Shown here: one piece after another, positions 1 through 9,919 of the stretch | Layout of the letters: each line of letters opens with the position of its first letter | How positions within the stretch are numbered: the stretch's first letter is position 1 | NCBI GenBank assembly: GCA_015680685.1 | Contig: MNCI01000668.1 | Span: forward strand, 292,049-356,048 | Length of the DNA: 64,000 nt | Direction: 5' to 3' | From: Gnetum montanum | Lineage: Eukaryota > Plantae > Gnetophyta | Position numbers and translations under genes: made by a program | The notes under the pieces: generated by a model | What the model was told of the DNA's origin: nothing | Databases searched by the model: none | What the model saw: only the letters and a program-made list of their open reading frames with translations

Positions 1-219
1 CGTTTGCACCTGTTCATGTTGGCACTTTGATTAACCATGCTAGCCCCCATTTTCAGCCATCACCCTGACTACCAACAACAAAGTCCTTGTTCGATCTACA
101 AGACCATCCAAGCACTCCTTCTTCATTTTTCAACAAGGCCCTCATGCAGAGGTGGGGTTAAGGTTGTGTGGCCGTTGATCCCTCAGTAATTCCAACCACT
201 GACATTTTCAATCGTTACA
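1..219 (+). repeat. 3' end of E1 5' LTR
   Basis: Ends ...ATCGTTACA at 219, followed by a short T-rich spacer and the PBS; homologous to ~8130-8352. Confidence 0.85.
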
Positions 220-225
220 ATTTTT

Positions 226-242
226 TGATGCTAGAAGGAGGT
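226..242 (+). other. Primer-binding site complementary to tRNA-Asn 3' end
   Basis: TGATGCTAGAAGGAGGG is a decayed TGGCGCTAGAAGGAGGG, the complement of plant tRNA-Asn ...CCCTCCTTCTAGCG-CCA (recalled). Same motif at 9271-9287 (+), ~21968-21986 (-) and 30113-30137 (-). Confidence 0.75.
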
Positions 243-449
243 CAGTGTCATTTTCTTCTTTTCATTTAGTTGTGGTTATCTTTGCATGCTCTCTGCACCC
301 CTATTGGTGTAGATTGGACCCCATTGTTGGTCTCCCTGAGACCCTATGTAACAACCCAAATCACATTGTTCTCAACTTTTTTGTAAGTCTTCATTCTCTA
401 AGCATAGGGAGCATATTTGGTGGAGAGTGCAGTTGGTGTGGAGCATAGT

Positions 450-720
450 CTCCATACTTACCTAATTTTCTAGTGTAGATCATAGTCTCCATACTTAGCC
501 AATTTTTTCTACATTTACATGCTTAGCATTTTTTTTTTTTTGCATTTCCATACTTAGCATTTTTTCTACATTTTCATACTTAGGCAAATTTTTGCAATTT
601 TATACTTAGCCAACTTTTTGTAGTTTTACACTTAGTCAATTTTTTGTAGTTTCTAGACTTAGCCATTTTCTACTATTGGTAGACTTAGGCAGTTTTTTGT
701 GTTTTCAAAGTTAGTTTTTT
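450..720 (+). repeat. 5'-UTR tandem repeat (~22-bp unit, core ACTTAGCCAATTTT)
   Basis: About ten copies of (T)ACTTAG(C/G)CA..TTTT. Reverse-complement arrays at ~21640-21780 (E3) and ~29700-29830 (E4). Confidence 0.75.
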
Positions 721-904
721 TTTTTTTGCAAACAATAACTCTCATAACTTGATCTGTGAATATGAATCTAGATTAACCTTCCACATTGGTGTCTAACACA
801 CTTGACACCTTCGAAATCCACCCAAAGCATGCTGCATTAACCCATAAACAATATATTTTTTTTGTGCAAAAATCCAAGTAGGATTACCTATGGATCACCT
901 TAAC

Positions 905-3900
905 CTAGAGGTAAAATAGGAATATGAATGAGTCCATCAAGATGAACAAGAATACAACCCTACCTTGTTCGACATAATCCCACTCATGGAGTCCTACCAC
1001 CAGCTATTGTTCCAACTCATCCGTGCAAACAAGAATGATGTAGGGACAACCTATGAGGAAGCCTCACATGAGGAAGAAGATGAATTTGAAGCTCACTCCA
1101 AATGTAAGAGCCCTCTTTACACCATCTTCTAACAACCACTCTCCATTATGGCCCCTCCTCAGTGTAGTTCATCCATCATCTTTGAGATGGTGACCATGCT
1201 AGCTCAACCTTGCTTGCAAGCAACCATCACATTTGCCCAACCCTATGCTCACACTAGGGCCACCTCCTAGCCCTAAACGATTTAAGCATCCTACACCCCA
1301 CCTGTATCATTAGCATCCTTGATGTCTATCCAACCCACACATGTGTGGCCTACCTTGGTCACTACGCCCATCACTTAGCCAACACATCAATAAAATTGAT
1401 TGACTACGATGTTAAATTGGCAATAACTATCTGCTATGACGTTAAACTAGCAAACTTTGCAACCAACAATCTGACCCTATTGCATGCAACCAACATGAGC
1501 CCAATCAATGTAACTAGTTGGCACATCCTCAAGCTTGGATTAGGCATTCCAGCTGATCCAGAGTTTGACAAAGGAGATCAAACGGCTTAAGGCTACCTCC
1601 TCCAAACCATTAAGGTGGTGGACTTTTATTAGGATGACCCCATAAGTCCTATGATCCCACCCTAACTCTTCCAACTGGGGTCTCATTACCTCAACTTACT
1701 AAATACAATTGTGAGGGTGAACCCAATGTGCACTTGGTCATGTTTAGGTTTGAGTGCCTACTATTGCAAGCTTGGCCACATGCCATCATGTGCATTGTTC
1801 CCATGTCCCTAACTGGTAAAGCCCTAAACTAGTACTGTGTGCTACATAGGGCCTTGATCTCCTCTTTGGAAGACCTCCTTAGCTAGTTTGTGACAAACTT
1901 CAAGTACAACCTGAAACCTAAAGTAACCCTCAACTAGCTCATGCAGGTCAACTAGGGGTCCCTAGAGCCCATGGCCAAATTCATCCAATAATGGAGCACC
2001 ACATTACAAGAAATCTATGAGCCATTAGTAGAAACTCATCTCCTAGCCATTTTCAAGGGTACAGTGAATGACTTCATCAAGTTAAAATTGTACTACCTAG
2101 TCCCAAAGTCTCTCAACCAAGCCTTTGCCTAAGTGAAGGACATCAAAGAGGTAATACAAGCCAGCAATTACCCAACCTATGTGTCCTACAGAAACTAGCA
2201 CATGCATAAGCAAAACACAATAGTGGCAATGGTAGCCACAAGTACAAAACCAACCAATTGGAACCTGACAACTAAGCAACCTAAGGCCCTAGCTCCTAAA
2301 GCTACCAACTCTAGTACCAACCCACCTACATCAATAAGGGCCACAATGTAAGCCACTTCAAGGCCCTACTTTAATAGCAAGGATCGCTCAAAGTATATCC
2401 CACTACTGATAAGACCCTCACAGTTGCTAGACCAACTCCTTAAAGTCTGGAAAATCTAGTACAAATGCATATGGAAGAATTCCTACCAATGACATTATAA
2501 GTACTACAAACCACTAAGGAACCCTACCTTGGCAACACTATACAAGCCCCTAGTCTCACAAGACTTTTGATTGGACCGATACTATCACTACCACTAGATG
2601 TTTGGGCGTAGTACAAACTTCTATTGGGCTTTGCAGAATGATTTGCAAATAATGATAGAAAGGGCCAAATTGTGCTTGACACAGTGAGCCAATATAATGT
2701 AGACAATGCCCCCTACATCATAAACTCCATCAGCATAGGAGGCAATTCTAAACTTGTGGAATAGCTATTTGTGATCTGTGTGCCTTCCAACAAAGTAATG
2801 ATCCCCTCAGCCTCCACAAGCAAGAGGCTCCCCTTCATGATCAAAGTACCACCTTGGATACCCACAATACTCTTCATGGTCATTGTCCCATAGCAATTGT
2901 CCACTAAGACATTAAACTAGCACACCAATTGTTTGTATGCTAAGATGTTAAATTGGTAGCAACCATCCGCTAAGACATTAAACTAGCATGACACAGCAAC
3001 AACAAGTACTAAGAAACCCTTCTTCATCAAGGTTCCATAAATATCTAGCCCTACAACAACTCCTAAGCAATTATTTGTCATTAGGGTGCCACAGTGTGTT
3101 GGCTCGTCACCTATCCAAAGCCTAGTAGTAGGCAACATATCAGTCCCTTCTCCTCCAAGGGCTGACCCTACCATCAACATGGGTAGACCTACCAAATGAC
3201 AATGTAAGAGGCTAAATGAGTGCCTAGCAAACAAAACAACTAGGCAACAATAAGACCAAAGAGTGCTTGATCCACCTAAGCCAGTCTCTATCCTCGCAAC
3301 CCTTATGGATGAAACAACTAAACAAGCCATAACTAGCAAAGCACAACCACACATGAAGGCTCCCAAGTAGGCTAAGAAAGCTAAGCCCAACTCCCCTCTA
3401 CAAGAGATTTTTCTCTCAAGCCACATGGAAGAGGTCAAGACCAACACAATGACTAATGACAAGGACTTCACAAACACATTAACTGAGGTGAAATAAGCAC
3501 TAAAGTAGAAAAACATAACATTAGGCTTATATGACCTATTCATAACCTCATCTGCTCATTGCCAAGCACTAGCCTAGATGTTGAACTCCATTCCTATCAC
3601 AAAGGACAACCTTGCAGATGAGAATGCCATCCATGCAGCAATGTTGCCCTTGGCACCATAAGAATCAGGTTCAACATCCCTAGCCTTTTACAATGAGGCA
3701 ATCAAGGTCAACCCTGAATGAGGGGAGGTCATAGCAGCTCCACTATCTATTAGCATATGTGTTGGGCAATGCACCATCCATAGGGTGCATGTTGATGATG
3801 GAGCAACAACCAATGTAGTTCTATACACCATCATAGACAAGCTAGGTCTCATATACGAGATCATGCCACCCTTAACTATAAGTCTAAAATCCTTCAATGG

Positions 3901-4345
3901 ATCATGCATCATCATCAAGAGTACCATCAACATAGCCTTTATGGCAGGGGAGTAATTTTCCACCTCTCCAAATTTCACCATCATAGAGGAAATGTCAGGC
4001 TCCAACCTAATCTTAGATGAGCCTTGGTTAGCTCAACTATGGGTTGTCTCTTCTCTTATCCACTAAGAAGTCCACCTTTCATATGAAGGTGGTCAAGTTA
4101 TCATCCATGATGGTAATGCCTCCCCTCTAACTATCCACAACATAGACATGGGACAAGTTTTATAGGTGGAATTTCTTGGTGATGTACCTATGGTAGACAA
4201 TGCAACACCTAAGGCTAACACACCCAAACAAGTGCTTGAAGCCAACAACCTCCTAGTGCATCCTAGGCCCTACAAACCCCCTAATCCATGCTTTATTAGG
4301 AAGCAACTACTTGATCAAAGGATCCCCTTGGTCCAAAATGCAGTA
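905..4345 (+). pseudogene. E1 gag-aspartic protease polyprotein, decayed
   Basis: Gag motifs KYNCEGEPNVHL...SLTGKALN*Y...F..NFKYNLKP (~1700-2100). Protease HRVHVDDGATTNV (~3778-3820) and NLIL..PWL. Stops are mainly TAG/TAA from CAG/CAA/TGG. Confidence 0.85.
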
Positions 4346-4569
4346 GGTACCTGCCTACCCTTTGCTACTACACACCATGCATTTTTAACTTTTGCTTGCA
4401 TTGCACTTGTTCATGCATTTATGATAAGCCTGCTTATCTAGCTTACGCATCCTTTCACTTTGCTCATGCATTTTCACTTTGTTTGTTGGTGCATTCATCT
4501 ACTTAGTTTACGCATTTGAAAAAACATCAAAAACATAAAAATCATAAAAACTAAAACTACAAAAAACAT

Positions 4570-5280
4570 GTGGCCTGAAAAGGCCTTAAACTAGCATCGC
4601 AGCTCGCCATGACCTTAAACTAGCAACATTCCCCGTGGCCTACATGGCCTTAAATTAGCAACGTATAGCCCAAAATGGCCCTAAAACTATCAACCCCTTT
4701 GCAGTGGCCTAAAAATGCCTTAAACTAATGTATAGCCTGCCATGGCCTTAAACTGGCACCTTTGGCTCGCCATGGTCCTAAAACTGGCAACACATGTTTG
4801 AAATGGTCCAAAACTAGCAACACATGGGGCCCAAAATGACATTTAAGTATTTCTACAGCCCAAAATGACCAAAAACTATCACTTTTCGCATTGCTTTTCT
4901 TTCATTTGTGCATTAACTTTGTTAAAACATGTGCTGCTTGATCTTGTCTTTCTAGTCAATTTTTATAGGATCTTGCAGGCACACAACATGGCTACACATG
5001 CAGTATCATACCTCACTAAAGTAAGGTAAGCACTCATCTACCATGATGCTAAAACTAGCATAGACTATCCACCATGATGCTAAAACTAGCATAGCTCATT
5101 TGCTATAATGCTAAAACTAGCATAGCTCATCCGCCACGACGTTAAACTAGCATAGCTTATCCTTGGATCATGACATTAAACTAGCACATAGCAATCTACT
5201 AGGATGATAAACCAACATACCATAGTCTACTAGGACCTTAAATTGGGTTCACGATCTTCTAGGATCCTAAACTAGCATTT
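4570..5280 (+). repeat. E1 internal tandem arrays: GGCC-loop-GGCCTTAAACTAGC units (4570-4880) and GAYGYTAAA(A)CTAGC units (5030-5280)
   Basis: Repeated ~28-35 bp units with conserved TAAACTAGC core. Confidence 0.85.
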
Positions 5281-5981
5281 TGTTGATCTTTTGAAGCACT
5301 TGCTACTAGCATAACATTTGGAGCACTTGTAGCATCATCGCTCTTGGTGCTTTCACTAGCTTCCTGAGCACTTGCAACTGGTTCAGCCTTTGATGCATTT
5401 CCAGCATCTTTGCATCTGGCATTTCATTTGCATTTCATGTTTGTGTTCTTCTTTTATTCTTAGCACTATGTTTGCAAAATGAAGTCCTGAGGTGGTCATG
5501 CAAAGGTGTATCTCATTGTAGTTGCAAGTCACCACACCACTCCGTTGTGCATGATTAGACTAGTTAGGCCTCTCAAGAGTGCACATCCCTACTATTCTTA
5601 TTTTCAACTACTCATACCCATCCCTATGCATTCATATCCTTTACATTCCCTACATAATCAAAACTGCATACCCCTCTACCGCATACGTGTTATAACCACA
5701 TGGCATCCTCTATGAGCCAAATTGTAAAACCGAAGATGAACATAACATAAGTTGTCCCATGGGGAGCTTATGTTGGCTAGTAAAATCCCAAGTAGATGTA
5801 ACGCATCTCATCTCAAGGAAAAAACACCTATCCTATAGATGTGACACAGTTGTACCAAGGTGAAGCCTGTTAGGTGGCACACAATCCACTTGATGGAAAG
5901 CATATTGTAGCTAGAATCTCATAATGTGCAGAACCCAAAGTAGGTTTGCCTTATAATCAAAAAGAAAAAATTTCAAAAATG

Positions 5982-5988
<7 letters not shown>

Positions 5989-6022
<34 letters not shown>
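5989..6022 (+). repeat. (AG)n microsatellite
   Basis: About 17 perfect AG units; absent at the homologous position of E2 (~14700). Confidence 0.95.
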
Positions 6023-6026
<4 letters not shown>

Positions 6027-6401
6027 TGCACATTCCCAAGAAAATCAACAACGTTGTAGTTTAGCAACTGGCCCAGCCTCGAATTGACCTTGACAATCTC
6101 ATGAGCACTCCAACAAGAGGTCAGTGTTTTAGGGGAAAGCCACTCCATGTCATGGTCTGTGCATTTTGCATCATCTCATCCTATTTGCATTACATCTCCC
6201 TGGTTTGCATTTCATCTCCCTAGCACATTACCTACACACTCTGCCCTAACATACCATTATCCATAGCACTCTTGAACATGGTGGAACAACATCCAATTTG
6301 ATATTGATGAGTGATGTTGATGCCATGCCTGTTATGGTGTTTTACATTCTTTGTTAGCGTCTCTCTGGCCACTCCTCTAGACATCAACAAAGAGGGCCCA
6401 A

Positions 6402-8352
6402 TGAAACACCACAAAAATTTTGGGCTCTGACATCTCGACCATAAATTTGGCTAAATGTCAGAATGATTGCACTTTGCCCAAATTTTTTTTAAGTGTTGAT
6501 ACTACACTCTATACACCACTTGACTATGCTCTAGAGCATAGTTAGAGTTTAGTCAACAAAACTACCAATTTTTCTAGATTTTTCTAAGTGTCAAAATGGT
6601 GACACAAGCTATAGATTGTTCTAAGTGTTAAGACTATGCTCTCCACTACTAAGACTATGCTCTCCATTGCTCGGACTATGCTTCAAAGCCTAGTCAACAT
6701 GGAACACTCATTTTGCAAAATTTTTCTAATTATCAAGACTATGCACCAGAGCGTAGATAGTTTGGGAAGTCTAGTTCCTACCAAAATTTTCTAAGTACCC
6801 AAACTACGCTATCCACTATTGAGACTACACTCTAGAGTGTAGTCAGCTTGAAATCACATTTTCTGCCGAATTTTCTCTAAGTGTCCAGACTATGCTCCCA
6901 CTACTAGGACTATGCTCTAGAGTGTAGTTAGTGTTAGACACCAAAATTTTCTAACTATTGGGACTACACCTCTTGACTACACTCTAGAGCATAGTCAGCA
7001 TAGTCTATCTAGAAGCTAGAGTTTGCATGATTTTCTTTAAGTGTTGAGCCTACGCTCACTATGCTCAAGAGCGTAGTTAACCTCCCCTGGAGCATAGTCA
7101 ACAGTTAGCCACATTTTGCTAATTTTTTACTAGATTTTGCCTAGGTTTGGTACTATGCTCTAGAGCGTAGTCAGCTTAGTTGGCAAAAAAGTAGCCTCCA
7201 AAGGCCTTCACACCTTAGCATCGACATTTGCAATAGCTCTTACACCTTTCCAATAGCAGCATTTTGCATTTTTGCATTTCCATTTTTCCAAAGAATTGTA
7301 ACTATGCTCTCTAGAGAGCGTAATCTTGGAGTGTAGTCTTCAAAATTTGCATTTTTTGGCATTGTTTGCATCTTTTCAAGTACTTTACGATCTTCTCCAT
7401 ATAGCTGGGTAGCATAGTCATAGTCTCTTGGCTTCATAGATTTCATCAAAGCAATGACACTGCTCAACACTGTAGAGCCTAACACCAAAGTGTAGTTGGG
7501 GTGAGCATAGTCCCACCTACTGCTCTACCACATGGCACAAAATCCACATTTTGGGCTAACCCTAGACCTCTAAATATCCCTGCACTTCATGTTTTAGGAG
7601 TGGGGCTTCCATTTTCATCGATTGGCATTTTTGCATTTTGGTCATTGTGGCATTTGCATTTTGGCATCTTGGCACTTAGCTTTGTGGGCAAACGAGACCT
7701 AGCACACAACACACTAGTAAACAGGCAAAGTTACACACCACAATCGACTATAGCGCCACTGCACCCCTATAGAACACTACACAATACACTGCAATGGCCA
7801 ACTCGATAGGCATGGTACACCATAGTGAGCACTAGACTTCATGGCCTAACAACATTGAGACTATGACTATGCTTCCATTGCACCTTTTGTACACTGTGTA
7901 CCTTTTGAACCCCTTTTGGAGTTAACTACACTTCCATTTGGGGCATTTTCTTTGCATTTTCTACAATTTTTCATATTTTTTTGCATTTTCCATGCATAGT
8001 CATGTTATACTATGCTTAAGCAGTAGTCTCCATAGGTTGGCATCCTCACTTTAGTAAAAACCCTTTAATTACACTCACCCTCATTTCGTGACTACACTTT
8101 GCACTTTATAAACAATTCTTAACACTTAACACCATTCACACCCATTCATGTTGGCATTTTAGCTAACCACACCAACCCCCTATAGTAGCCATTGCCCTGG
8201 CTACCAATGGCAAAGTCCCTATTCGATCAACAATATTGTCCAAGGTGCTCCACCTCCATTTTCTAGTAAGGCCCTTACACGAAGGTGGGGTTACGGCTAT
8301 GCAGCCATTGATCCCTCGGTGATTCCAACCACTAACATTTTTTATCATTATA
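6402..8352 (+). repeat. E1 3' LTR (~1.95 kb)
   Basis: Starts TGAAACACCAC after the PPT; U3 packed with GACTAYRCTC/GAGYRTAGTC palindromic units; end matches 1-219. Confidence 0.85.
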
Positions 8353-9265
8353 GTAGTCTTCTTATCACACACATGTAGTTGGTAGCATATTCATAGTCTC
8401 GCAATCTCACGATCTCATAAAGTCTAGCAAAGCACAATAAGGCACAACACCACTAGCCCAATGAAGAGCATAGTTGGGTGACAACATAACCCCAACCATC
8501 CCCTCTACCACATAGTAGCCATCCCACATTTTGTGCTAGACCTAGGCCTATAAATACCCTCATCCTCAACATTTTCAGGGTTGGAAAATTTTATAGTTCA
8601 TGAATTAGCAAACCAAAGGCTAGGAAAACCTAAAGAGCGCTTGGGAGAGAACCAAAGGCATATTGGCGAAGTTGCAGACCATCGCAGCCAACCATAGCCT
8701 ACTAGAACACTGTAACTGATGGTACACTATAGCACCAACCCTGTAGGCATAAACACCTTGACGGAATGCTAGTCTTCATGTCTAGACACCCCTAGGACTG
8801 TGGCTACACTATCCACTATGCCTGTTGCACACTGTGCACCTCCTAACCCCTTTTGGTGTTAACTATGCTCAATCCCATTCGAGGTGGTGTTTTGCTTCTA
8901 TCTCTTTCTCTTTACATTTTTAAAATTTTACATGAATTTTTTTTGTTTCATCCCATAGCCATGCCTAAAACCATGCTTGGGTAGTGGTCTCCACATGTTG
9001 ACATCCTCATTTTTACTAAAAAAAACTTGACTACACTTAACACCATTAACATCCTTGACATCACCTAAACACTTAGCACTATTTCGCATCAACATCATGG
9101 CTAACCACACTACATCCCAGTTACATCTGGTAAGTTCCTGTTTGATTGACAAGACTATTTAGGGTGCACTATCTCTGCCTCTAGCAAGCCCTCATGTGGA
9201 CTTAAGGTTAGGATATATGCCCGTTGACCTTAGCGTTCCAACCGCCAACGTTTTTGGTTGCTATA
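8353..9265 (+). repeat. 3' half of E2 5' LTR (contains TATA at 8549)
   Basis: Colinear with the E2 3' LTR from ~15818 onward; ends GTTGCTATA just before the PBS. Confidence 0.85.
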
Positions 9266-9919
9266 GTTTCTAGCACTAGAAGGAGAGGAAAAATCATTTT
9301 CTTTTTCAAACTTTGTTAGTGGTTGTCTCATGTGCTCTCTCGATCACCATTATTAGCTTTGGACCAGCATAGACCATAACAACCCTATGGACCTACTACA
9401 TGTGCAACAATAGCCAAATCTTAGGCCAACGTAGGTGTTGTTTGCTAACTGGCTGCTGTGGATTGGAACCCGTCATCGATTTCCCTAGAATCCTGCATAG
9501 GGACCCCAAGGCACACATTCCCACAATTAGCCAAATTCTTGACACTGTTAGTGAGACCATAGTTAGATCTTAGCATAGAGAGTGTAGTTGGCCCTTAGTG
9601 TAGAGAGAATAGTCAGCTCTCAGCATAGACAATGTAGTCACCAAAGTTAGCCATTTTCACAATCAACAACTCTTGTCCTTCCCTCTTATAACTTGGACTA
9701 CATCTATGAATTCCAAATAGCCTTCAATGTCAATCCTAAGCACACTCACCATCTTGCCCATTCAATAAGAGACTAGCATTGACAACCTTGGGAACCCTGT
9801 AATGGCGAAGCCAAGGTAATCCCTTAGGCTGCATGGGTAAGGTCCAGAGTACGTTGTGCCAAGTGATGAACAATATAACTTTATTTGCGCAAGCAGGGAT
9901 ATTTGTAGATTTTTTAGAC

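Larger units (their letters stand above)
1..8352 (+). mobile_element. E1: non-autonomous Ty3/gypsy Tat/Ogre-like LTR retrotransposon (gag-protease only); 5' LTR runs off the window
   Basis: 1-219 aligns with ~8130-8352 (both end CCAACCACTRACATTTT..ATCRTTAYA). PBS at 226-242. PPT AAAGAGGGCCCAA at 6389-6401, then LTR start TGAAACACCAC at 6402. Decayed gag and protease inside. Confidence 0.9.

Noticed and set aside
2983-3543. 186-aa hydrophobic minus-strand ORF and similar 60-140 aa ORFs across the TE regions
   Set aside because: Antisense or off-frame by-products of decayed retroelement sequence, not conserved between copies.
4570-4890. Hammerhead ribozyme/retrozyme suggested by the GAAA hairpins
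   Set aside because: No CTGANGA core with matching three-stem topology was seen.
4570-5280. CRISPR-like repeat/spacer appearance (also 13590-13940, 25820-26090)
   Set aside because: Eukaryotic retrotransposon context, degenerate repeats, short related spacers and no cas genes.
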